A stretch of DNA of 58,316 bases, from positions 1 through 58,316 of IMG/VR virus record IMGVR_UViG_3300043449_000381, one strand, 5' to 3'. A program made the position numbers and the translations under genes. The DNA is from a virus. Taxonomy: Duplodnaviria > Caudoviricetes. Under the pieces are notes generated by a model. The model had not been told where the DNA came from, ran no database searches, and saw only the letters and a list, made by a program, of their open reading frames with translations. Shown here one piece after another: positions 36,410-45,640 of this stretch; the first letter of the stretch is position 1; the number at the start of each line of letters is the position of its first letter.

Positions 36410-37437
36410 GTCGTTACTCACGTCGTACGCTCTATGCAATGGGCGAGCCGCTTGGTGAATGCGTCACCCGTAAAGAGGGTGGCCGCGTCATTTATGGTGG
36501 TGGTGACCCTGCTCCGCAGCAACAGTCCCAACCGACTCAAACCACAACGTACCAAACCAACATTCCAGAGTACGCCAAGCCGTACATGGAAGATGTTATG
36601 GGCAAAGCAAAAGCCCTGACGGATATTAATGCCAACCCGTATCAGTCTTATGGCGGTCAACGTAATGCCGACTTTAGTCAAATGCAACAACAAGCGTTTG
36701 GCAACATTGGTGGTATGGGGCCAGCTGCTCAAATTGGGCAGGGTACAGCATTAGCAGGTGGAGCAGGTCTTGGTGGTCTGATGGCGGGTGGAAACTACGC
36801 CCAGCAAGCAACTGACCCCAACGCAATTTCCTCCTACATGTCGCCGTACATGCAGAACGTGGTGGACTATCAAAAGTCTCAAGCTCTGCGTGACTTCCAA
36901 ATGGCGCAGCCAATGCGTAACGCGACGGCAACTTCCCGAGGCGCGTTTGGTGGAACTCGTCAAGCGTTGGTTGACGCCGAAGCACAACGCGCTCTGAATA
37001 CGCAGCTCCAAGGTATCGCTGCGACGGGCGCTCAGAATGCTTTCCAAAATGCTCAACAAGCACAGCAGTTTGGCGCTAACCTTGGACTGCAAGGTCTGGG
37101 TCTAGCAGGGCAGCAAGCCGCCACGTTAGGTCAGCTTGGCCAGACTCAGTACGGTCAGCAGATGGGTATCAACCAAGCACAGCTGCAAGCTGGTGCGCAA
37201 CAGCAAGCGATGGAACAGCAAAAGCTCAATCAACAGTATCAGGATTGGGCTAACCAAATGAACTACCCGTACAAGCAGCTGGGCTTCATGTCCGATATTC
37301 TGCGCGGTGCGGGACAGCTTTCTACCACCGCTGGTAAACAAATGTATGAACCCCCGCCAAGTGTCTCCGGTCAGATTGCCGGTCTTGGGTTGGGTGTGGG
37401 CAGTCTGCTCGGTGGACTCAAAGGATTCGGGGGATAA
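36406..37437 (+). CDS. DNA ejection (transfer) protein
   Basis: Q/G/A-rich, YMSPYMQNV, GAFGGTR, C-terminal G/L hydrophobic tail. Confidence 0.6.
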   Translation: MSRYSRRTLYAMGEPLGECVTRKEGGRVIYGGGDPAPQQQSQPTQTTTYQTNIPEYAKPYMEDVMGKAKALTDINANPYQSYGGQRNADFSQMQQQAFGNIGGMGPAAQIGQGTALAGGAGLGGLMAGGNYAQQATDPNAISSYMSPYMQNVVDYQKSQALRDFQMAQPMRNATATSRGAFGGTRQALVDAEAQRALNTQLQGIAATGAQNAFQNAQQAQQFGANLGLQGLGLAGQQAATLGQLGQTQYGQQMGINQAQLQAGAQQQAMEQQKLNQQYQDWANQMNYPYKQLGFMSDILRGAGQLSTTAGKQMYEPPPSVSGQIAGLGLGVGSLLGGLKGFGG

Positions 37438-37440
37438 GCA

Positions 37441-39234
37441 ATGGCTAACGCGAATGCAAAGTATCTGGCTGGCCCCGGTGGTCGGTTTGACTTGGCTGAT
37501 CCAGACACTAAACGGATGGTGCAAGCGGTGTCGGCTAACCCGGCAATCGCTCCACAGTACAACGCCTCCCTTGCGGAAATCTTCCAGCTACAGAAGATGC
37601 TGGAGCGCATCTCAACGCCGATGCCCGCCCCGCAGACAACGACTGTCTACGATGACCTGAAAAACGCTGCGCTGCAACAAGCCTCCAGCGGGATGCTGGG
37701 CGAGCCTCCGGCCATGATGGGGCAGCAACAGCCGATGCAAGAACCCCCGATGCAAGCTGCTCAAGGCGGGTTGATGGGTTTGCCTGTACATAACTTCCGC
37801 CATGAGAACTATGCTGGTGGAGGGATCGTTGCGTTTAACGGCGAGGATAATGATCAAGAAGTAAAAGCCGAAAAAGAAACTTCGCCGTTCCTCCAAGGTA
37901 TACGTAATCTCCTTTTTAGTTCGCCAGAAAAGCAAGGCGAGGCGCTTGCACGACAAGCGCAATACAACGAGCAGCTGCGGCAAAACAAATTGCGTCCGGG
38001 GTATTTTGAACGTATGACACCATCCGAACGCACCCGTCGGCAAACAGAATACGATGCCATTCAAGCCGCTAGTAACCCGGCAGGATATGCTGAAGCTGGT
38101 GAGCAACGCGGTCTTGGAGCTGTATCACCCGGTGCTACCCCAACCATTACTCCTGATATTGCGGGCGCTGGTGCAACTCCGACCGGTGGTCCGGTGCGCC
38201 CTGTTCGACCCGCTGGGCTTGCTACTCCCCCTGCCCCTGCCCAACCCGCTGAACCTTCTGAGGGTGAAAAACTTATGAAGGCGGCACAGGCTGCAAGAGA
38301 GGCTCGTGTACAGGAAGCCAAACCGCAAGATCGCGCTGCCTACAGGTCTGAAATTGAACAAGAGTACAAAGCCGCTGGTATTGGTGGGGCTGACAAGGCT
38401 GAGAAAGAACGTATTACCGAGCAACGCGCTCGTGCAAAAGAGCAGTACGGCAAGAGCATTGACCTTGCTGGATTTATGGCTGGTATGAAGATGGCCGCTG
38501 CTGCCTCTCGGCGCGGTGCTACGTTCCTTGGTTCAGCTGCTGAAGGCGGCAGTGAGTTCGGTGCGCAGTACGGCAAAGCGATGGAACAGATGGCAGCTAT
38601 GCAGACCAAGCTGGATGACAAGGAGACAAACCTTGCTCGTCTGGAAGAGGCTCGCAAGATGGGTATCATCGACAAAACGGATGCCCGTCTCAAAGAAGCT
38701 CGTGCAGAGTATAAAGAGGCACAGAACCAAGCACTTAACTTGCAAGAAAAGGGTGCTGATCTGATTTACGGTAAGGAAGTACAAGAAAAAATTGCCAAAC
38801 TGGACCGCGAAAGCCGTGAAAGAGTAGCCAATCTTCAAGTGGCGGCAACCCGTGCAGGACAATACAACGCCTTCCGTGATCTTATGGGTCGTTTGGACAA
38901 AGTGCCAAAAGAACAACACGCGGAAATTATTGCTCAATTTGAAAAAGCGTCAGGTGCTGTGGGTGCTGGCTTTGCAGCAGAAAGGCGTTTAGAAGGCGTC
39001 ACCGCTGCAAGAGAACAGGGGTACTTGAAAGACAAGAATTACCAAAGAAATGGTCAGTTGCTAACCACATTACGTTCTGTTCAGAGTCCAACCAAAGAAA
39101 ATCAAAAAATGATTGAACAGTTGGAAGCAGAACAACGACGGATTAAAGATTCGTATGGTGGTGGGGGCGCGGGAGCAAACACTGCCTACACGGCTGGTGA
39201 TACTGAGCTACTGAAAAAATATGGGCTTCAATAA
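37441..39234 (+). CDS. internal virion/ejection protein
   Basis: 597 aa, helical, YAGGGIVAF motif; lies between ejection genes. Confidence 0.55.
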   Translation: MANANAKYLAGPGGRFDLADPDTKRMVQAVSANPAIAPQYNASLAEIFQLQKMLERISTPMPAPQTTTVYDDLKNAALQQASSGMLGEPPAMMGQQQPMQEPPMQAAQGGLMGLPVHNFRHENYAGGGIVAFNGEDNDQEVKAEKETSPFLQGIRNLLFSSPEKQGEALARQAQYNEQLRQNKLRPGYFERMTPSERTRRQTEYDAIQAASNPAGYAEAGEQRGLGAVSPGATPTITPDIAGAGATPTGGPVRPVRPAGLATPPAPAQPAEPSEGEKLMKAAQAAREARVQEAKPQDRAAYRSEIEQEYKAAGIGGADKAEKERITEQRARAKEQYGKSIDLAGFMAGMKMAAAASRRGATFLGSAAEGGSEFGAQYGKAMEQMAAMQTKLDDKETNLARLEEARKMGIIDKTDARLKEARAEYKEAQNQALNLQEKGADLIYGKEVQEKIAKLDRESRERVANLQVAATRAGQYNAFRDLMGRLDKVPKEQHAEIIAQFEKASGAVGAGFAAERRLEGVTAAREQGYLKDKNYQRNGQLLTTLRSVQSPTKENQKMIEQLEAEQRRIKDSYGGGGAGANTAYTAGDTELLKKYGLQ

Positions 39235-42200
39235 TGGCAACCATAGAGCAGTTGATCGGTGCGCTAAAGCAAGCGGATGCTGCGGGTAATACTGAAGATG
39301 CACAGCGCATCGCAGACATTATCAAGCGGCAACGCGGCGCTGCGCCTGAACCCGCGCCCAAAGAACAGGCTGGGTTCTTTTCGTCACTGCTCAAGGGTGC
39401 TACTGAGCTAGGTGAGGCTCCCGCCGCTGCACGATTTGCCGCAGCCAAGACGCCTGAAGAGCAAGCCAAGGCTCGTGCAGAACTGACCAAACCGCCTGAA
39501 GAAGCAACAACGTCGTTTAGCGATGTCATCAGCGGTAAGGGAAAGTTCACTGACTGGGTCAAACAAGTAGCTGGCTCCAGTGCTGGTGCGCTGGCCGCTC
39601 CTGCGGCTGCTGCGGGTGCTACGCTTCTTACCCCTGCTGCCCCCCTTGCTCCTATTGTTGGCGGTGCAACATTGGTCGGTCAATACTTGACCGGTGCTTT
39701 GGGTCGGCAAGCGCAAGAGCAGCAACGTGCTATCCAAGAGGGTCGCACCCCTGAAGAAACTTCTGTCGCAAAGGCAGGACTAGCTGCCGCTGGTGAAACT
39801 GCGCTTGATGTTTTTGGTTTTAAATTTTTCAAGCCGGTGTTCAAAACTTTCCCGGTGGTCGGAGGATTGTTTGGCGAAGGTGGTGAGCAGCTCACCAAGA
39901 AAACAGTCAACCAACTCACCGATGCCTTTGAGAAGGGCAAGATCAACTACAAGGGTGGGGTTGCCTACGGTGTGGGCAAGGGCGTGGCGTTTGAGATTCC
40001 CCAAGAGATTGCTCAGACCGCGCTGGAGCGTTGGCAAGCTGGTCTGTCCCTGACGGATGAGGAAGCGCGGCACGAGTATGTCGAGGCCGGGGCTGGTGCG
40101 CTGCTGCTTGGTGGTACGTTGGGCGGTGCGTCAGGCGGGATCAAGACTGCTACGGATAAAGCCGTAGCCGAGCGTGTATTAGCAAACAAGGCTGAGCGTG
40201 AACAACGACGACTGGCCGAGCAAGAAGCGGAGGCAGCTGGTGAACAAGCGGTTACGCCACCTGAAGCAGCACTTGCTGATCAAGCTGTACAGCCTTCTGT
40301 ATCGGCTCCCACTACTGAAACGGTGGAGAGGGAAACTGTTCCTGCTGATACTGAAGGGGTAACTTGGGATAATTTAAAGCCCGGTCAATCCGTTACGTTG
40401 TATCGAGGCGAAGGTAAAGAGCAAACCCAAGACGGAGAATGGTGGACAACTGACAAGGCTCAAGCTGAAAAATTTGGCGAGGTAACGGAAGTAACACTGC
40501 CCGCTGAAGTTATTGCGGCTAACGCAGCTAGAGGACATGGCGGTGCTCAAGAATTTGTATTTCCAACCAAAGGAAAACGCCCATCTGATTTAGCAAAACC
40601 CCAAACTCAGGCCGAACAGCCCCAAGTTAGGGAAAAGATTGAGACGCCTACAACACCTGACGAATATCTGTCAGAGATTGCACGGCTGGAACGAGAGCAG
40701 CCAAGGAATGCTGGCCATGCCTCAAACATAAAAAAGAAGATAGAGAAGTACCGCACTGCGTATGAGCAACTGACAAACCGCGACGCAGACGACGCGCTGA
40801 TCGATCAGGCTGCTGCGAAAGGAGCTGCTGATGCAACCCAACTTGGAACTGCTACAGAAACTGTCGCTGGAGGACCTGCAACAGGCGTTGCTCCTACTGT
40901 ACAAGGACAGCAAGCCCCAGCAGGGGGCGTTAGTGGCGTTACAGGACCCGGAGTGGGAGGTCCTAGCGAAGTTACTGCAAAACCTACTGCAAGAAAAAGC
41001 GCAGTCAGTGCTCCACTGACCCCCGAAGAAGCCGCTGATCTGGTTGATCAAGAGGCTGACGCTGCCGAAGCCGCTGCCAAACCCCGCGCCCCTGTAGTTG
41101 AAAAAGAAAAGGGCGAAGAGCGCGGCGCGTCTGCTAGGCAAACAGTTGCCGACATAGCAGAGTCGGTGAGGACAATCCGTGATCAACAGCGCGGGGTGCA
41201 GCCGATAACCAAGGCTAAATTCAACGACAACCTTGACTATCTGGTCGATGTCGCTGAAGACCCCAATAGCACAGATTCAGAGCGCGGCACAGCACAGTCC
41301 GCGCTAAAGCAACTTGCGCTGCCTGAAGCAGAAGTCAATGCCGCTAGAGAGCGCGTTCAAAATCTAAAGCAGCGCCAGAGCGAACTGATCGGTGACGCAG
41401 CTGAGGTCGAAAAACTACAGAAGCGAATTGACACGCTTAACCTGTATCTGCAAAGAGCACGGGCTGAGTACAACGACGCTAAAAGTCTAGACGAAGACAC
41501 CACGACCCTTGAGGATGAAGTCTCCAGTATCGAGGCTGATCTTGCTGGCGCACAGAAACAGTTAAAAGAAAATATAAAGCGGGTTAAATCCGAAAAAGCG
41601 AAAGCGATGCGCAGCCCCACTCGGCGCGAAGGTCCGACGCTTGGTGTAGCCAAGGTTCAGGAAATCGTCAACCGGGTAAAGTCGTTCTGGAAAGGCGCAC
41701 CGGATACACGGGTTGTTGCCAGCATTGAGGACTTGCCGTCCAACCTGCGTAGCTTCTTGGAAACCGCTGAAGCAACCGACGTTCCGGGCATTTTTGATCC
41801 GCGCTCCAAGCGGGTGTATTTGATTGCCGACAACATCGCCACCGAAGAGGCAGCGGTGTATACGCTTGTGCATGAGGCGGTGGGGCACTACGGTCTGCGC
41901 GAGGTACTGGGCGATAAGTACGACGCCACCATGAACAATGCTTACCTGAACCCGGCTATCAAGGCAGCAGCCGATGCGCTGATGAAAGCTGATCCGTCGC
42001 TGAGTAAGCAAGAAGCGGTTGAGGAAGTCATTGCTGAGAAGGCTGTGGACGAGTACGCCACAAGCCCCGCGATACGCAACATTGTTGACCGGATCGCCAA
42101 CGCCATCCGTGCCTTCATCCGCAAAATCAGTGGGGGCAAGGCATACCCTGACTTGAGCGACGCCGAGATTCGCAGCATCGTTGGTGCAGCGCAGAACTTT

Positions 42201-45200
42201 GTGACCACGGGTAAGGGGGCATCAGCCAGCGGGGTGGAGACGACAAGCACCCCTGCCATGCGCAGCCCGATCCGTCCACCCAAGGCCGCACCGACTACGA
42301 CTCAAGCACCGGCCTTGCGCAGCGTTACGCCTGAAGCTGCTATGGCTGAGTTTGAAGCCGACATGGATAGAATATCGAGCAAGTCTCGTGGCGTAGCTGC
42401 CGCTGCTAAATTCATGCGCACCAATGAAGGCTACGAATGGTTGGTCAAGAAGTTTCAGAATGATCGTGTTGCGGTGAAGAACTTGCAAGATGGTCTGCGC
42501 CGTGCTGGCAAACTGCTGATTGGTGAAAAGAACTTCAACAATCTGTATGACATTCTTACCCTGTCACAGGGTAACGCCTACCATGCAATGAATCAGTATG
42601 CGTTCCAAGACATGAAGGCGCTTGAGGATGGGATTCAAGCCTACATGAAGAAATCGGGGCTGGAGTATCAAAAGGCTCTTGCCCGTTTGCATTTGTACAT
42701 GATCGCGCTGCATGAACCAGAGCGTCGTATGGTCAAGTATTTGCGCACTGTACCGTTGAAACCCGCAGCTGCTGACCGACGTGCCGCAATTTACAAAGAG
42801 CTTGCGCAGAATAAAGACCTCGTCACTAACGGTGAAGCGGCCAAGCTTCGCAAAGAGCTTGAGGCATTGGTTGCTGCCAACAAAGACCCCGAAGGTATCA
42901 GCCCGGAAGGCTACAACTACCGAACGACGGACATCAACGCGCCTGAATACAACGTGATCGGCGGGTATGACGCTACCTCCATCAAGGCGTTTAAAGATAC
43001 TTACGACGCTGACCCGAATAAAAAAGAACTTAGCGCCATCTTGAAAGCACTTCAAGCGGTGCAGAAAGACACGATTGAGCTTAACGAGCAAGCAAATTAT
43101 TGGACAAAACCAGTCAACAACCTGACGACGTTTTATGGCTACGAGAACTACGTGCCGTTCAAGGGTAAGCCGGGAAGCAAGGAAGAAAAAGCCTACGACA
43201 AAGATTATTTTGACGACCCGAGCAACCCTCGACTCAGCGGTGACTTGAACCGTGGCGAAGCTGCTATGGAAGGACGTCTGTCAAACTCCGATAACCCGTT
43301 GCTACAGACACTGGCTGATGCTGCTTCTGCATCCATGCGCGTTGGGCGTAAGGACATTGTCCCGGCCATCAGAAACTTGATTGAGCAGAAATACATTCGC
43401 GGGAAAGTAGGCGAAAAGATACCGTTTGAAGAGCGCATGAAAATACGCGACTTCAGCCCATTTCAAGGTGAAGGCAAGTATCTTCTGTACAACGCTGACG
43501 GCTCGATGCAGTTGATTGAAGTGCAAGATCGTCGATTGAATGAAGGCATCAAGCGTGGCTTCCGCGCTGCACAACCTTTTGTGCAGATGGTGAACTCCAT
43601 CACTAGCGGCGTGGGGCAGCTGCATACCCGTTACAACCCTGCGTTTGGCCCGATGAACTTTGTGCGTGACATATTGACCAACGCCTTCACGCTTGGGGCA
43701 GAGCTTGGACCACGGGAAGCCGCTCGGTTTCTCGGCGCTGTTACATCCAGAGTGGTGATGGATCGTGGCTTGCCCAAAGCCTTGAAGGTGGCAAAGCTGT
43801 ATCAGGAAGGCAAAGTTGATGAGATCAACAAACTTGCCGCGTCTGACAAGATGGTAAGTGACATCATTGACTACCTAAAGTATGGCGGTCGGGTGTCGTA
43901 CATCAAGGGTCTTGCCGTGCAGGGGCAGATGGATGAACTGACTCGCAGCTTGGACAAGGGCAAGATCGCGCAGACCAAAGAAAGCGTGGACAAGTGGGTT
44001 GACATTTGGACCGACATGTTTGAATTGACAAGCCGGGCCGCTGCGTTTGGTATTGCTAGAGACAATGCCTTGGCAAAAAGCGTTGCCAGCTTCAAGAAAG
44101 AAAACGGCCGCGAACCCGATACAAAAGAACTAGCAACCCTTACGGACAAGGCCAATATCGAAGGCACGTCCTACGCCAAGAACCTCGCCAACTTTGAACA
44201 GGTCGGTGAGTGGGGTCGGGCAATGGGTGCAGCGTTCATGTTCTTCCGTCCCGCCGCCACAGGTGCAGCGCGGGCGCTGGATGCTTTGTTCCCCGGTCTG
44301 CCCGGACCACTGGCAAAATTTATTGGGCAGGATGTTGATTCCCTGATTGCTCGATTGCCTGAAAGTGTGCGTAACGATCCCGAAGCGGTCAAAGAGTTCA
44401 AGAAATCATTTGAGCAAGAGCAGAAATATGCCCGGCAGATGGTCTACGGATTGCTCGGGGCCGGAGCCACGGCTTATCTCATGGCTTGGATGATGGCCGA
44501 CGACGACGAGCAGGGCCGTAATAGAGTCGCCATTGATGACATGTCTCGATGGACGCGTTACGCTCGTCTGCCAATTGGCGACAGCTTCATGCAGATACCG
44601 TGGGGCTTTGGTTTTGGTTCGTTTGCCGCTGCGGGTGCGCAGGTGATGGCCGCAGTCGTGGGCAAATCAAACCTTGCGGATATGGGTGGCAACCTCGTCA
44701 CTATCGGGCTTGACTCCTTCGTGCCGATTCCGTTCTCGCGTATGAACCCGCTGGACAACTTCGCTGCGTGGGCAATCGATTCGACTGCACCGTCGCTTGC
44801 ACGTCCGTTCATCGAGTACGTGATGAACGTCGATAGTCTTGGCCGTGAGATATACAACAACCGGCAGTCAAGGGTGGGCGATGCTTACACCGGTGGAGAC
44901 AACATCCCTGAGTTGTACAAGTCCACGACCAAGTGGCTGGCAAACCTGACCAACGGTGGCATCGACTGGAGTCCCAACACGCTGTACTTCTTTGCCAATA
45001 ATTACCTTGACGGAGTTACGCGCATCGCTCAAAACGGCACGAACATTGGGATGACGCTCACGGGGCAAAAGGATTTTGATCCCAAGACTGACCTGATATT
45101 CCTTGACAGCTTCATTGGCAAAAAGTCCAACTTCGATGCTCGGGAGTTCGTGCGGGTCGAGAACGAGATCAAGGAAAAGTCGCGTCGCCTCAAGATGTTT

Positions 45201-45449
45201 GAGAACAATCCTGAGCAGCTTGCCCGCTACATCACGGCAAACCCGATGGACATGACGTTAGTTGACCTATACAACGAGGACATCAACGGGCTGATCAAGG
45301 ACTTGCGCACACAGGCAAATGACATACGGCAGATGCAGTTCCTGACGCCAAAAGAGAAAAAGGCGGTTCTTGACGGCCTGATCCTGTCGCAAAACTTTGT
45401 CAAGCGCGGCCTGATTGATACCTACAAGTTCTACGGGGTTGAGCCTTAA
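39234..45449 (+). CDS. large polyvalent virion protein (zincin-like MPTase, possible ART-like domain, LPD38-like C-terminus)
   Basis: 2071 aa; LVHEAVGHYGL...EEVIAE; TLYRG...WWTTD...EFVF; YNPAFGPMNFVRD; C-terminal IPWGFGFG...GREIY. Confidence 0.7.
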   Translation: MATIEQLIGALKQADAAGNTEDAQRIADIIKRQRGAAPEPAPKEQAGFFSSLLKGATELGEAPAAARFAAAKTPEEQAKARAELTKPPEEATTSFSDVISGKGKFTDWVKQVAGSSAGALAAPAAAAGATLLTPAAPLAPIVGGATLVGQYLTGALGRQAQEQQRAIQEGRTPEETSVAKAGLAAAGETALDVFGFKFFKPVFKTFPVVGGLFGEGGEQLTKKTVNQLTDAFEKGKINYKGGVAYGVGKGVAFEIPQEIAQTALERWQAGLSLTDEEARHEYVEAGAGALLLGGTLGGASGGIKTATDKAVAERVLANKAEREQRRLAEQEAEAAGEQAVTPPEAALADQAVQPSVSAPTTETVERETVPADTEGVTWDNLKPGQSVTLYRGEGKEQTQDGEWWTTDKAQAEKFGEVTEVTLPAEVIAANAARGHGGAQEFVFPTKGKRPSDLAKPQTQAEQPQVREKIETPTTPDEYLSEIARLEREQPRNAGHASNIKKKIEKYRTAYEQLTNRDADDALIDQAAAKGAADATQLGTATETVAGGPATGVAPTVQGQQAPAGGVSGVTGPGVGGPSEVTAKPTARKSAVSAPLTPEEAADLVDQEADAAEAAAKPRAPVVEKEKGEERGASARQTVADIAESVRTIRDQQRGVQPITKAKFNDNLDYLVDVAEDPNSTDSERGTAQSALKQLALPEAEVNAARERVQNLKQRQSELIGDAAEVEKLQKRIDTLNLYLQRARAEYNDAKSLDEDTTTLEDEVSSIEADLAGAQKQLKENIKRVKSEKAKAMRSPTRREGPTLGVAKVQEIVNRVKSFWKGAPDTRVVASIEDLPSNLRSFLETAEATDVPGIFDPRSKRVYLIADNIATEEAAVYTLVHEAVGHYGLREVLGDKYDATMNNAYLNPAIKAAADALMKADPSLSKQEAVEEVIAEKAVDEYATSPAIRNIVDRIANAIRAFIRKISGGKAYPDLSDAEIRSIVGAAQNFVTTGKGASASGVETTSTPAMRSPIRPPKAAPTTTQAPALRSVTPEAAMAEFEADMDRISSKSRGVAAAAKFMRTNEGYEWLVKKFQNDRVAVKNLQDGLRRAGKLLIGEKNFNNLYDILTLSQGNAYHAMNQYAFQDMKALEDGIQAYMKKSGLEYQKALARLHLYMIALHEPERRMVKYLRTVPLKPAAADRRAAIYKELAQNKDLVTNGEAAKLRKELEALVAANKDPEGISPEGYNYRTTDINAPEYNVIGGYDATSIKAFKDTYDADPNKKELSAILKALQAVQKDTIELNEQANYWTKPVNNLTTFYGYENYVPFKGKPGSKEEKAYDKDYFDDPSNPRLSGDLNRGEAAMEGRLSNSDNPLLQTLADAASASMRVGRKDIVPAIRNLIEQKYIRGKVGEKIPFEERMKIRDFSPFQGEGKYLLYNADGSMQLIEVQDRRLNEGIKRGFRAAQPFVQMVNSITSGVGQLHTRYNPAFGPMNFVRDILTNAFTLGAELGPREAARFLGAVTSRVVMDRGLPKALKVAKLYQEGKVDEINKLAASDKMVSDIIDYLKYGGRVSYIKGLAVQGQMDELTRSLDKGKIAQTKESVDKWVDIWTDMFELTSRAAAFGIARDNALAKSVASFKKENGREPDTKELATLTDKANIEGTSYAKNLANFEQVGEWGRAMGAAFMFFRPAATGAARALDALFPGLPGPLAKFIGQDVDSLIARLPESVRNDPEAVKEFKKSFEQEQKYARQMVYGLLGAGATAYLMAWMMADDDEQGRNRVAIDDMSRWTRYARLPIGDSFMQIPWGFGFGSFAAAGAQVMAAVVGKSNLADMGGNLVTIGLDSFVPIPFSRMNPLDNFAAWAIDSTAPSLARPFIEYVMNVDSLGREIYNNRQSRVGDAYTGGDNIPELYKSTTKWLANLTNGGIDWSPNTLYFFANNYLDGVTRIAQNGTNIGMTLTGQKDFDPKTDLIFLDSFIGKKSNFDAREFVRVENEIKEKSRRLKMFENNPEQLARYITANPMDMTLVDLYNEDINGLIKDLRTQANDIRQMQFLTPKEKKAVLDGLILSQNFVKRGLIDTYKFYGVEP

Positions 45450-45640
45450 CGGACGCGCCAAACACGTACGCCAAGGCAACCATCAGTCTGTGTGGCAAAA
45501 CACCGCACTTTGATCTTAGCTGCCTTGGCCCGTGTATCGATGATGTAGATCAGCTGCGCTGGTCTGAGGGTTGGGATGAAGAAGCTATCCCCCACCGTCA
45601 TGCCCTCAAACGGTAGCAGCCATTCAGGTTCCTGAATCAT
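45446..45640 (-). CDS. small hypothetical protein
   Basis: PFEGMTVGDSFFIP...GVRVWRV; start reassigned to ATG 45640. Confidence 0.65.
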   Translation of the reverse strand: MIQEPEWLLPFEGMTVGDSFFIPTLRPAQLIYIIDTRAKAAKIKVRCFATQTDGCLGVRVWRVR

